DNA of 63,811 nucleotides, filler included, from Craspedostauros australis (GCA_030167865.1; 12 parts of 12 records of this genome joined end to end with filler, not necessarily neighbours in it), one strand, 5' to 3'. Shown: positions 33,795 through 46,838, counted from the whole stretch's first letter. Made by a program: numbers and translations. Notes: generated by a model from the letters alone, not told the origin.

Positions 33795-35927
33795 ATGCCA
33801 GGTGATGCGAGGGCCTTGCACGAAGCGTGCAGAAGAGACGATCTTGAAACAGTCCGATCGATAATCGAATCAGACCAATCACTTCTCAATGCCCAAGACA
33901 CAGGAGGCAACACAGCGCTGCATTGTGCTTGTAGCAGAAACTCCGAAAGTGTGGTCAAGTATCTGCTCGAATCGCATCGCAATAGCATCGACGTGAACAA
34001 CCAAAACGACGAAGGAAGAACGCCGCTGATGCTCGCTTGTTGCGGCAGTAATCTGGCAGTCGTGAAATGCTTGGTGGAGTCAACACACATGGACATCGAT
34101 GCCAACATGGAAGACACACATGGCCAAACGATCTTGCAACTTGCATCTCAGAACAAGTTTCCCGGCGTGATCGAGTATCTCCGCACAACCGATAAACTCG
34201 ACGATGATCACAGTGGGGCAGCTTCCAAGATACCAGATGGTGCAGCATACACTGAGCTATATCGTGCATGCTGCTGGAATGACATGGAACTAGTGGAGTG
34301 CTCCGTTGACTATTACAAATCTCATCTCGACATCAATTTGCAATACGCCGAAGGCAAGACGCTGGCACATTTCGCGTGTGGCTTTTCGGATGGCCTCATG
34401 CTGGATTATCTGCTTGACACCTTTGAAGAGGACATGGATCTTACCATTGAAGATGAGAATGGCGACACGCCCTTTGATGTGGCTTGCATGCACACGCGCG
34501 AAGACTTGATAGAGCACATGATACAATCCGACGAAGTGAAGGTCGACCTCACAGCAACGAATAAGTCTGGGCAGACTCGCCTACATCTTGGTTGTATGAA
34601 TTATGATCACGGCGTGGCATTTCAGCTTGCAGAGGCGGATCCAAACAACGTTGATGTTACCGCTCAAGACAATGACGGAAACACACCGATGCACTTCGCG
34701 TGCCAATATGGATCGGCCGAGTTGATCAGATGGCTGGCAACAAAAACAACGAGATCAATCAACGATCTATTTCGAATCCAAAACAAGAAGGGCGACACAC
34801 CATTCCACTCGGCTTGCTTGATCGGAAGGGATAATTTCGTCCGTCACCTCATCGAATCGAATGATATTGACGTCAATCTTTACACGAGAAACAAGAAAGG
34901 AGACACCGTGCTTCACATCGCATGCGCCACCGCTAATGAAGAAATGATACACTCCTTCCTTGAACTGGATGAGGATCATGTTGGCATGTCCTTGCAAAAT
35001 GATGACGGCAATGCGCCGCTTCATCTTGCGATGATTAACGGGGATGCTCGTTTCATGGAGTCGTTTTGTGAGATTGATACGGGTCACATGGACCGCACAA
35101 TCCAAAACAACAACGGCGACACGCCGCTTCACCTCGCAGCACGATGCATGCATTCAGAGGCAATGCTGTGGCTAGCCGGTACCTGTTTTGGAAATGTCGA
35201 TGGTAACATTCGAAACAATGGCGGCAATACAGCACTCCACCTCGCGTGCATGAGCGGCTCCTATCTGCGTGTAGCCTTCCTGTACAATGCGGGCATGAGC
35301 GGGCGCAATGATGCGGTTCTACCCACGATGGATGTCAATATCCAGAACAACGACGGCAACACCGCTCTCCATCTCGCACACAAATGCACGACAGCGAAAA
35401 TTCTTGGCTGCTTCCTTGAAACGAAAGAAGAAAACTGCATGTTTGATCCCAGCATTCAAAACAAAAATGGCGACACCCCGTTCCATCTTGGTTGCTGGGA
35501 TCGTGAGACCTTCCCCATCAACCATGAGACGAAGCTCTCCAAGCTCTACGGTCAAATCCAAAACGAGATCGTACCGAACTACAACTTGGATCAAGTTCGT
35601 ACCATCCAGGGCGGAGATGCGATAGATCGGCTGTTCCAATCCGCGCAGCCTGTGGCGAATATCCAAAACAACAGTGGAGACTCCCCATTACATACAGCGA
35701 CCAGGAAAGGCCACGCTACCCTGGCGAAATCGCTGGTGAAACAGGAGGGAGCTGATGCGACGCTTCAGAACCATGACGGCGACACGCCACTGCACGTAGC
35801 ATGTAGACACAATCGATTAGGTGCCATGAAGGCGCTGATCGAAACACAGCATGTCACTATTGATCTGAAGATCAGAAACAGCCGCGGCGAAACTGCGCTC
35901 GATATTGCGAAGATGGAAGGGTTGTGA
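33795..35927 (+). CDS. ankyrin repeat protein (710 aa)
   Basis: Many G(N/D)T(A/P)LHxAC repeats. Confidence 0.92.
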   Translation: MPGDARALHEACRRDDLETVRSIIESDQSLLNAQDTGGNTALHCACSRNSESVVKYLLESHRNSIDVNNQNDEGRTPLMLACCGSNLAVVKCLVESTHMDIDANMEDTHGQTILQLASQNKFPGVIEYLRTTDKLDDDHSGAASKIPDGAAYTELYRACCWNDMELVECSVDYYKSHLDINLQYAEGKTLAHFACGFSDGLMLDYLLDTFEEDMDLTIEDENGDTPFDVACMHTREDLIEHMIQSDEVKVDLTATNKSGQTRLHLGCMNYDHGVAFQLAEADPNNVDVTAQDNDGNTPMHFACQYGSAELIRWLATKTTRSINDLFRIQNKKGDTPFHSACLIGRDNFVRHLIESNDIDVNLYTRNKKGDTVLHIACATANEEMIHSFLELDEDHVGMSLQNDDGNAPLHLAMINGDARFMESFCEIDTGHMDRTIQNNNGDTPLHLAARCMHSEAMLWLAGTCFGNVDGNIRNNGGNTALHLACMSGSYLRVAFLYNAGMSGRNDAVLPTMDVNIQNNDGNTALHLAHKCTTAKILGCFLETKEENCMFDPSIQNKNGDTPFHLGCWDRETFPINHETKLSKLYGQIQNEIVPNYNLDQVRTIQGGDAIDRLFQSAQPVANIQNNSGDSPLHTATRKGHATLAKSLVKQEGADATLQNHDGDTPLHVACRHNRLGAMKALIETQHVTIDLKIRNSRGETALDIAKMEGL

Positions 35928-36233
35928 TATTGGTTCCAGATGTCAGCACTGTGAGACCGGCGTGTGCAGTGGTGAGATCGTGGGCTCTGGTTTGGAGGTA
36001 AATTGGTAATCGTTAGTTGTCGATTTAGTTGGTTTGCGTTGTTGAGTTGATTGAACTCTCGGTTTATGAGATGATGACGAGATGTTGTTCTGTCAGAATG
36101 CAAGTTGCAGGGTCAGCAGCATCTCCCGTGTAANNNNNNNNNNNNNNNNNNNNNNNNNNNNNNNNNNNNNNNNNNNNTTAATTAATTAANNNNNNNNNNN
36201 NNNNNNNNNNNNNNNNNNNNNNNNNNNNNNNNN

Positions 36234-36796
36234 ATGGTACCAAGAGAATCTCGAGGTACTTCCCAACTAAACCTCAGATGACGATATCATCTGACAGACT
36301 ACAGCATCACCAATGGACCGTGACATCTGAAGAGCAGAAGGACGCCTACTGACGTCGACAGGATGTCAACATGTCACCACGTCGACATCTGTCTCCAACT
36401 CAGAGCAGGAGGCGAAGATCCGATGACCGAAGGACATCAGCATCATGGATACAGAAGGTGAACTTCAAATGGCGAGTACTCATGGAGTAGGAGCCAGTAC
36501 TGAATGAACGGAATGTCGAATACGGAGTATGTATCGAACACGGAGTATCGTGCGCGACGAGCACACGATATTGAGAGAGAGAGAGAATACAGAGAGGAGC
36601 GAGAGAGCATCTCGCGTACCAACTCATAGTCGGAGACTGAATCTACGAAACAGATTGAAGCACCGAGAGCATCGGGCAAGAGAACGGCGTACACCGAGAG
36701 GATCGGAGTAGCCAACTAATGAAATAGCAAATGAACGACTATCAACCAACGCCATCTTCCATGATCGTAGGTTACCGTGAGCGGAACTTGCCAACA
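36234..36796 (-). mobile_element. LTR inserted into a Copia RT
   Basis: The minus strand begins TGTTGGCAAGTTCCGC directly after the RT codons EEIYMQ. It is closely similar to 46385-46738. Confidence 0.8.
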
Positions 36797-38148
36797 ATTG
36801 CATGTAGATCTCTTCGTCAAGTTCTCCATGCAAGAATACTGTCTCGAAGTCAATGATGATACTATCCATGTGCAGCAGCATCTTCATAGTGAGCATGATG
36901 CGATAGGTTGCGTCATGAATCACTGGTGCGTGGTGTGCTGAGAAGTCCACTCCTGTGATCTGCGAGTAGCCGCAGGCAACGAGTCTAGCCCGGAAGACTC
37001 CATTCCTCTTCTCCTTGAATACCCATTTGGTCTTCACACATCGCCGATTCCTCGGCATTCGGTTCCTCTTGATCTTCTCCCATACTCCTCTTCTGGTCAT
37101 ATCGTTGAACTCCTTGTTGATGGCCTCTCGCCACTTCTTTCTCTTCTCGGGATCCGCATGGTCCCAGCATTCTGCGAAGGTGGTGGGGTCTAGCATCATT
37201 GCTACGCTTGCCTGTTCGGGCCTGGATCGATCGTTCGTTCCTTGGCTCGCGGCAATGAAGTCATCCAGTCTCATCTTTCCGTGAGTGGTGTCGATCATCA
37301 TGCCTGCGACGTCTCTGTTGAACATCGACCCGTCTGTGTGGAAGCTTGTTCCCCCAGTCGCCGTTGGCTCCACCTCTGTCTCTTGCGCGGTCTCTTGCTT
37401 CTCATCGTCGGTCTCGGAGGCCTCGCTAGATCCGTAGTCTCTATCCTCTTTAGGAACGGGTGAGTTGTTGTACCCTGCGAGATCCCTGACCATCTTCGGT
37501 ACGCGCGCAACAGGTGTTGCGACTGGAGTCGAGGGCGGTTCTTCTACTACCGTTCTTTCCTCACTCCTTTCGTTCACGCTCCTTCCGGATTCATCGCCGG
37601 TGTCATCGTGCGATTCTTGATCCTTTTGGGCGGGTTGCAGGTTATCCTGCTCTGACACAGCGTCTTCTGTATCTCGTTGTTCTCCAGCTTTGCTGCACTG
37701 GTCATCGTCATCAGTCTCTACATCGCTCATAGTGTCTGATTGATGAAGCCAAGTTACTCCTCTCTCTGGAGATGATTCTCTTGATGAGGGGTCGTCGTTT
37801 GTGTTCATCACTCTGGATCTGTTGGCATCCTTGATACCCTTGAACTCTCCATACGACTTATTCAACCATGTCACATCTCGAGTCATCAGGATTCTCGAGG
37901 TGGCAAGGTTCATCATGCGGTACACTCCTTTCGCGTGCGACTGTCCGTATCCCACGAACATGGCAGGTTTGGAGCGATCATCTAGCTTCGCCTTGATAGC
38001 CTGCCCACCGATGTGTACCATCCCCATCTCACCGAATACACGCAGGTCATTTGCATACTTCGGAATTTTTCCGTTTAACAGTATACACGCTGGCTCCCTT
38101 GACTTCGTGCCAATGATGTTCTCCAGCTGCGTCGCCGTGTGAGCAGCC
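36797..38148 (-). mobile_element. Ty1/Copia pol fragment (integrase C-terminus to start of RT), interrupted
   Basis: Motifs LRVFG, KLDDRS..MFVGY, WREAINKEF, KTKWVFK, FRARLVACGYSQ and FLHGELDEEIYM. Confidence 0.9.
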
Positions 38149-38333
38149 NNNNNNNNNNNNNNNNNNNNNNNNNNNNNNNNNNNNNNNNNNNNTTAATTAA
38201 TTAANNNNNNNNNNNNNNNNNNNNNNNNNNNNNNNNNNNNNNNNNNNNTCCTCACCAACAACAACGACTTGATCACTCTACGTTCTCGGTGCGGTATCTT
38301 CAAACCCATCTACGATTACGTTCTAACATGGTA

Positions 38334-38951
38334 TGTCCGCCCATCTGAAGTTTCATTGAAAACTTGTCACGACTCACTTCTGAGAGCATGAGATATTCGG
38401 TGTGGCCGCGATCCGGCAAACATGTGACGTCGAGTTTAAGTTGATCTACTTCCCAACTAAACCTGAAGTGACACCACCCTCGACAACCTCAAGCATTATC
38501 AATGGAATGTGGAATTGACAGAGCCATGGAGCTGTGACGAGTGACATCGACGCAGAAGACGTCATCGCCACATCATGGGTCATCTCCACATCAGAACAAG
38601 ATTACAAAGATGCAATGACCAAGATCAGACAAGATCTTTGAAAGTGCAACATGAGAACCATGCAAAACATCTACAACTACATGTACAGCAAGATGCCAAT
38701 ATATGAGAGATGAACAACAACGCGTAGAGCACGCGTACAATTACCACGAGAGAGAGACTCATAGAGACAGAAATGCAAGAGAGCATCTTGCGTGAACTCA
38801 TAGTTGAGTAATCAAGAGAGATTGAGCGAACACTCGAACGAGAGCTATCCGCAGAGGTACTCAACCACCCACATAATGAAATAGCAAACAGAAGCAGCAA
38901 ATGCATCACCGTCTATCAGTAGGGAGTTTCCAGGCGCGGAACCCGCCAACA
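38334..38951 (-). mobile_element. diverged LTR of the same family (left boundary approximate)
   Basis: The minus strand starts TGTTGGCGGGTTCCGC at 38951 and shares TACTTCCCAACTAAACCT and GAAATAGCAAA blocks with the other copies. Confidence 0.65.
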
Positions 38952-40629
38952 TGAGGTCTTCAGACTTCAAAGGGATCGATCTTGTTTGCGTTCTACTGCT
39001 CTTGCTTGACTTCACTTTGTTTGGAAAGTGTGCAGTGAAGTTCGATCCAGGCTTTTGAGAAGGCTAGCACTTGGTCAGCGAGTACTGTTGATGCTTGCTT
39101 TGGCAGAGGCTACTGAGGTCCAACATTTGGTCAGGTGTGTTCAGTTGGGACCTTTGTCCTCTTGAGTGGCTCGGTTTTCAAGCAATAGAGTCTGATGTTT
39201 GATCAGATGCATCCAGGTGGGACTTTGGTCCACGGAAGTTACTCGGTTTGCAAGCGATGCCTTTGGGCTTGGTCTTAAAGAGACGTATGCAATCTGTTAG
39301 CAGAGGAAGATGCTCGACGGAGTGGTGAGAGTATATGAACCACTCGCAGCTACCAGTTGGAATTTGTGCTCTGTTGATGACACGATTCGGTGGGGAATGC
39401 CTCACAAACTGCCGGTTTCAGGATAGCTGTGCAATGCAGTTCAAGAGGAGTGAACTTGCAGAAGATGTATTCCTGTAATGATGAGTAGAGTAGTGCTGTT
39501 TGTACTATTCTTGGCTTGTGATATTAGGGTTAGTTTGTAGTCTTGGTAGGACAAAGAAATGATGTCACACAACTGACACGGCCCTGCCCTGATAGATTTA
39601 CTTTGTTCAGTGCTTGAGGGCAGACATTGCTCCTTGCTCTTGTTCATCTCTCCATGTGTTGTTGCATCGCAATGTAGAGCATAACAGCTCAGCACTTTAT
39701 TGAAGTTGAGGATGCAACAGCAGTTGTGGTTGGAATTCACCATCGGATTCCCTGCTTGGGTTGAAGCAGGTTGGATATGCATGCCATGACTACGGCAACA
39801 AGGCAGTGGTAATAGTCATGGAGGGAATCGAGGCATGTTGCAATCGAAAGGATCTGAGGAGCATATAGCTCTCAGGGCAACTGGAATCAGGTTGATCGTG
39901 GCATTGAGCAAGCGTGGATTCGTGAATGGGAAGAGAAGAAGAGGAGAGGAGGGTGCTGCGTTCGTTGAAGCTGGAAAGTTTCGCGTCAAAAAGGGAAGTT
40001 TCAGGCATCAGCGGGAAGCACCATGAGGTGGAGATAGTCTGTCCCTTATTCAGCTTCAACTGATCGCAGCGAACGGTGAGCAAAGTTCGAGTGCAACAAA
40101 AGTGCCGGAAGCACACGGACATCTTTTTATCGTGACATGTCGCAAGGCGCTTTGCGTGTAGAATGAGCCTAACCCAACGATATATATAGGCCATTCATCA
40201 TTCGCGTAAACATGTCTGATGGACAAGGAGGAATTCGGTACGGGTGCAGTGACACAGCCGATGGTTAAGTAAACTGCCCAACCTCCGATGGAATCGCGAC
40301 GAGATCAAAGGCCCAAAAGCCTGCAGGGCGCTGCAGACCTTTTGCCGACGATCTCACTCAATCACATCCACGCATTCTCGTTTTTTGAACGGCGGAACGC
40401 AAACTTTGTGGGGAATGACAAGGCGCGAGTTGTTGGCGTTGATTCCGTTCACTGGAAAAATGAGCAACGATGCGCCCAGTTGAACGTTCGGTGGTTTGTT
40501 GGTCGAGGCATTTGGCTCACACGGCACACCATGAAACCTCTCCGATTCGAAATCTTGCGCAGATCCGACACAATTCCCTCATCCGCACAATTTCGAGCAT
40601 CGCAGACAAAAGCAAAAGCAACATCAACC

Positions 40630-41938
40630 ATGGTCTCCTTCCTCAAATCCTCCACCTCCGCTGTCGCGCTTGCTGCGTTCACCGCCTTGGCCTCCGTCGC
40701 CGCCGAGCCCCACGCAGATGAACATGAGACCCCAAAGGCCTACAAGGCCGTGATCACCGAGATCCCAGGCAGCAACTCCGGTGTCGCCGGTATCGTCACC
40801 GTCTTTTCTTCCACGGATGAGACTACTGTCGGTTACGGTGGCTTCCTGACCGGTCTTGAGGCCAGCCTCGAGGCTTCGTCCGCCGCCTGCTCAGCCACCA
40901 ACGGCTGCGGTGTGCGCATGTATTCCGGCATGAGCTGCGCCAACGCCACTGCACAGGGCGGACACTATTTCGTTGATCCCGTCACGGAGGATCCATGGGC
41001 CGATGCTCGTTACACCTCCGATACCGAGGGCAACGCCACCTTCGCTGACATGCGCAGCATCGGAACCGACGATCTTGAGGGACGTGCCTTCATTGGTAAG
41101 TGCGATATCACCGGTGCCGATGATTGTGGTGACGATGATTGTGATCTGATTGCCGTTGCTCTTTCCTCGTTGCGCATTGCTCACTTCCCGCATCCCCGTC
41201 TTTCTCTCTCCATTCCACTGCTGCAAACCTCACGCAACAACAGTCCACGCCGCCGACGGAAGCCGTGTCGGATGCGGTCTCTTGACCGCTGTCGCCGAGG
41301 CTGACACCCTCCCAACCGAGCTGGAGGCTCTGACCGACGCCGGGGTGAACGGAACCGTCAATGCCGTCGCAATCGACGAGAACAAGGCCATCTGCTACTT
41401 CGGCACTGCCAACAAGCTCGAGGCCAACCTCAAGTCCGTCCACGCCGATGATGGCACCGCCACCTCCGCCGCAACCGACTGCGCCGCCGCGAACGGATGC
41501 GGAACCCGCGTCTACGCTGGAACGGACTGCACCAACTCTACCACGCAGATGGGACCCTACTACAACATGGACATGCTGACGGCCGATCCATGGGCCATCA
41601 TCGGCTACGAAGCCACCACCGACGCTGGCTTCGCCCACTACGTCGGATGCGTCGAGACCGGACACACCGAATACAAGGGAAGGGCCTTCATCGTCCATGC
41701 CAATGACGGAAGCCGTGTTGCCTGCGGTCTTATGGGAGAGGAAGAACATGATAGTCATGACAGCCACGACAGTCATGATAGTCACGACAGCCATAGCAGC
41801 CATGACAGTCACGATAGCCATGACAGTCACGACAGTCATGACCACGGCGATAAGTCGGCCGCCACAGCACGCTCCTCGCAGATGGTTTTCCTCGTCGCGA
41901 CTGCCGCTGCTGGAATCCTCTCCCTCGTCGCTCTGTAG
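40630..41938 (+). CDS. secreted, probably GPI-anchored protein with two Cu/Zn-SOD-like domains and an HDS-repeat tail; intron 41096-41243
   Basis: Signal peptide. The duplicated domain reads NGCG.....G..C...G..Y....DPW....GRAFIVHA.DGSRV.CG. The intron is phase-compatible and the C-terminus is hydrophobic. Confidence 0.8.
41747..41845 (+). repeat. 9-nt coding repeat, (HDS)5-HSS-(HDS)4-HDH
   Basis: CAYGAYAGY units translated in frame. Confidence 0.95.
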
Positions 41939-42233
41939 GTAACTCTCGCTTGCGGTACGTTCAAGAACAGCATGGTGCACACATCCGTCTTTATCATTCC
42001 GCCCACATGGGGAACATCAATACTGATCCACAGGGGAGATATAATAGGAATCCACCTTGTACGATACACAAGCACACATTTATTCCAACACCGCTCCCTC
42101 TCGAGAGAGCACAATACGACAATGCCCCACGCGCAAATCGTGCCTGTGCAAGTGCAATAGTATCATATAATAGGCATTATGCTTTCTGGAGTGTCATGCT
42201 GTCATGCACATCGAACGCCACACCCTTGAATGA

Positions 42234-45200
42234 ATGGATGCGCTGGTCTGCTGTGTTCTTCGTTTAGACGGTCCGAAAGGGAGAGACGTTGATGTAACGA
42301 CCAAGACCCTTATGGAACTGCACGCAAGGAACAAAGACAAGGACTTCATGGATGGCGCAGAAGAAGGGTCGATGTCGGATGTGTCTATGGGCTCAGATAC
42401 GCTATATCAAGGGAATGTTTGCGATCCAAACGCCGAGGTAGTCAACCTGGTGGACATCTCATCGGACGACGGATCGGCAGGGTCAACCCCCCAGTTGACC
42501 ACCAGGAAAATGAGGACCAGAGGCCAAGCCAGGCAACAAGCAAAAGGAGCCGGCGAAGTCAACGCAGGCGACCCCGGCCGTGATGATGGTGGGCCCAAGC
42601 GAACGGTTAGCCCAACGAAAAAGGCAAGACCAAAGAACAACCTAAACGCAACGGAGGCGCGGCCACTCGTGAGGCCAACAGAGCAGACAGGAACATCTGC
42701 AACAAAGAAAAGTTCTACAGCCAGCGACGGAAAGATCGCAGGCCAAGCATGAGGGTCCCCTTGGGGATCAACAAGGGTGGACAGCCGCGACAGGAGTCCA
42801 CCCAACTGGTTCGAGGGCGGAAGAGTCAGGCAGCAAGGCTGCGGGGCGAAGAACCAACAGCAGTAGTAGGACAATATACAAACAACACGAGGTGCCCAGA
42901 AGCACAGGCGACGAACACAGTTATGACGCGAGCACCGGCAGTCCCAGCAGCAACCACCGGGATCAACAAAAACAGGCAGCCGTTAACGACGGTTAACTCA
43001 ACTAACGCCACTCAGCAGAAAAGCAACGCGATGACAAGCAGGAACACGACGAACAACCCAATACAACCAGAACGCATCCCCCGACCCAGCGGTCTGGACA
43101 CAGAGAGTGGAGCGCGACGGGAACCAGCGACGACGAACGGGAGGCCGACAGACGCAGCGCATGAGAGACCTGAAAGCGGGGTTTTTGGCAACACAATGAG
43201 GAAGCCGAGCACAGGGGTGATTCGCCTGGCCTTCCAAAATATCGGCAGGCTGCCAGTGGAACCTTGGAAGCACAAGAACCACCAGATCGGCGAAGAGCTC
43301 CAACGGAGGAACATCGATATTCTCACGGTGGCGGAGATTGGAATAAACTGGAGGGTGATGAAGGATACGGACTCGTGGCACCAACGAGTACACAAGTGGG
43401 GTAGGAACATCAGAACGCTAGTGGCCTACAACCTCAACAGCGAGTCCACGAGAAAGGTGCAATTTGGCGGCACGGGAGTCATCACGACCAAGTCGCTTGC
43501 TCGGCGCGTAGTCGATGAAGGGGTAGACCCATCCAACCTGGGAAGATGGGCTTGGCAGCGGATTGAGGGTAGGAAAGGCAAGCATTTACGGGTGGTGGCG
43601 GCATACAGAGCATGTACATCCAGCCGCCCCACCTCCACGTGGGCACAACAGCGCACCTACTTGCTACAGAGAGGTGATCACAGGGAGCCACGGGAGGCCA
43701 TGCTTCTTGACCTCATGCGGAGCATACAGGAATGGAAACAGGAAGGAGACAGCATGGTCGTTGGCATCGATGCCAATCAGGACGTCCAGAGCGGCAGATG
43801 CGAAGAACTGTTCCTACAAGTGGGCATGCGCGAAGTGATCACACATTTACATCCAGACCTCCACCAACAAGCGACCCAGCACCGCAACCAGCAGCACATA
43901 CCAATCGACGGCATATTTGCGACTAGCGACGTAGACGTCCAAGAGGCAGGCTATGTGGAATTTGGGGAAGCAATCGACTCTGATCACCGCATGCTTTGGA
44001 TTGACGTCAAGGAGTCCAGCACCATTGGAACATTGAACCCCTTGGCAGGAGTGGAACCACGAAGACTACGCATGCAGGACGCCCAATCGGTACGGCGGTA
44101 CCAGGAAATGCTGTGGGAGAAAGTCCAACAGCAGGGATATCATTGGCGCATGGAGGAGCTGGAAAAGGCGGTCAGAATCCAGGGCACAGTCACCGAGGAG
44201 CTCGCCGAGGAATACAATGCCATCGATGCCGGCATGGACAAGCTGCGAATCGAGGCAGAAGAAGGGTGCCGTAAGCTCAAAATGGGGGCATTGGAGTGGT
44301 CACCCACCCTAAAGCGATTGCGCGACGAAATCAAGTTGTGGACGGCAGTTTGGAAAAAACAAAACAACATGCACATCAGCTCGTCTCTCATCAGGCGTTT
44401 AGCCAAAAGGCTGGGAATACAGCACCCGCGACAAATGGATCCAGAGGTAATCAAGGCAAGAATGGCAAAGGCAAGGGCGGACTACGACAAGGCCAAGCCA
44501 GAGGCATCGCAGATGCGGGACCAGTTCATGGCGCACAAGAGCGAGCAGGAGGCAGTACGATGGGGAACAGCGGTGGAGAACACAGCAAGTCACGTCAGAA
44601 GGGCACGCGAGAAGCAGATCAGGGACAACAGACGGCTGAAGACATGCCTTAAGCCCAAGCAGACGCTGGCCACCAAGGTCACGGTCACCAAAAGCGACGG
44701 AGAGATCGTGGTGTGCGACAGCAAGCACACCATCGAGAGAGCTTGTATCAAAGAGAACCGGCAGCGTTTTAACCAGACCTCTGGCACCCCGTTTATGACC
44801 GGAAGTCTTCGGCGCAGGTTCAGCTTCCTCGCTGACACAAAGGAAGCCGACCGAGTCTGTAACGGAGAATGGCAGCCCTCCTCTCAACAGGGAGGGTATC
44901 CGAACATGCTGCTAACGCAACTGGGCTCCGCCCTGTCGGCACCACCAGATTCCTCATTCACAGTGCAAGACCACGTTGACGGGTGGGCGAAGCAGAAGGA
45001 ACGCACGTCATCCGAGCCGTCGGCCCCCCACTTTGGTCACTTCAAGGCGGCCGCCCAGCATGAGGGACTTGCGGCCATCGACTGTCGTCTGCGGCGGATC
45101 CCGTACGAAACCGGTTTCTCCCCAGCATCGTGGGCGATCATGACTGATTTCCAGATACTGAAGAAAGCAGGAGTGTTCGACGTCACCAAAATGAGGACTA

Positions 45201-46384
45201 TCCAGTTGTTTCACCCAGCCTTCAACATGAATAATAAGAAGCTGGGACGAGACCTGATGAAGGTGGCAGAACGGGAGCGACGAATGGCCACAGAGCAGTT
45301 TGGGAGCCGCAAAGGACACAAGGCGTCGACGGCCGCGCTGTGCAAGCGTGTGGTGGTCGGTGTGATGAGACAGAAGCGGCAAGACGGAGCCATTTGCTCG
45401 AACGACGCGAAATCATGCTACGACCGGGTAGTCCACAGTGTGGCATCCATGGCAATGGTGCACGCAGGAGGGCGAAGGTCAGCGGTGAAATCCATGTTCA
45501 GCACCTTGCAGAAAGCACAACATCACGTCCGCACGGCATACGGGGTATCATCGCAGACGTACGGTAACACGGGTTGGACACCAATGCAGGGACTGGCCCA
45601 AGGCAACGGCTGTGGACCAGCTGCCTGGGCAGCCATCAGCTCGCCAATGTTCGAAGCCATGCGTGCCCAGCGACATGGGGCGCGGTTCGAATCGGCGCTC
45701 AGCCACCGGGTTGTCAGCCTTGTGGGCCTTAGCTTCGTGGATGGTGCCGACCTCATGATATCGCAGCCAGGCGCTGACTTCGAGATGGTAGCACATCAAG
45801 CGCAGCAGGCCTTGGAGGACTGGGAAGGGGTTCTCCGCGTGACCGGGGGAGCGCTGGTGCCGGCCAAGAGCTTTTGGTGGGGTGTAAAATTCGACTACAC
45901 GGCAGGGAGGTGGAAGATGAAATCGGTTCGGGCGGCGCCAGCGAAAGTCAAGGTGCGCGATGCGCTCGGCGTCAACAGAGAACTGCGGAGGCTGGAACCT
46001 GGAGATTCGGAACAGACTCTCGGCGTGTTCATGAACATGACAGGGAAGTCCGACGCCCAAGTGCGGTACCTGCGACAGAAGGCCGATGATTTTGCTGACA
46101 AAGTGGTCGCAGGAGGGCTCACGCCGGACCTGGTTTGGTTGGCGATATCCACACGGATTACCAAGACACTGGAGTATCCGATGGAAGCGGTTACGCTTAC
46201 CCAGCGACAGTGGGACTACGTCTACGCGCCCGTTTGGACCAAAGCCCTACCACGAGGCGGCTTGGCCCGGTCCTTCCCGAGGGCGGTGCTGTATGGGCCC
46301 AAAGCCCACGGGGGAATTGGCATGCGTAATCCTATGGTGTGGCAGCTGTCCATACAAATACAAGCAATGGCCCATGAGGTCAGC
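42234..46384 (+). mobile_element. non-LTR retrotransposon (LINE): short upstream ORF plus APE endonuclease-RT ORF from 42749; interrupted by an LTR
   Basis: APE motifs FQNIG, VAEIG, IDAN, PIDGIF and SDHR. RT motifs QFGSRKG, NDAKSCYDRV, GLAQGNG and FVDG. The 5' boundary is uncertain. Confidence 0.9.
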
Positions 46385-46738
46385 TGTTGGCAAGTTCCGC
46401 GCACGGTAACCTACGATCGTGGAAGATGGTGTTGGTTGATAGTCGTCTGTTTGCTATTTCATTACTTGGCTACTCNNNNNNNNNNNNNNNNNNNNNNNNN
46501 NNNNNNNNNNNNNNNNNNNNNNNNNNNNNNNNNNNNNNNNNNNNNNNNNNNNNNNNNNNNNNNNNNNNNAGATCCTCTCTCGCTCCTCTCTGTATTCTCT
46601 CTCTCTCTCTCAACATCGTGTGCTCGTGCTACACGATGCTTCGTGTTCGATGCGTACTCTGCATTCGACACTCTGTTCATTCAGTACTGGCTTCTACTCC
46701 ATGAGTACTTACCATTTGAAGTTCACCTTCAGTATCCA
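46385..46738 (+). mobile_element. LTR (5' part, gapped) inserted into the LINE
   Basis: Begins TGTTGGCAAGTTCCGC and closely matches the reverse complement of the LTR ending at 36796. Confidence 0.8.
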
Positions 46739-46838
46739 NNNNNNNNNNNNNNNNNNNNNNNNNNNNNNNNNNNNNNNNNNNNTTAATTAATTAANNNNNN
46801 NNNNNNNNNNNNNNNNNNNNNNNNNNNNNNNNNNNNNN

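Noticed and set aside
38952..40200. Possible degenerate gag-like relic (also 28440-28995)
   Set aside because: Only a vague resemblance with many stops and no diagnostic motif; it would need a tBLASTx search against diatom Copia elements.
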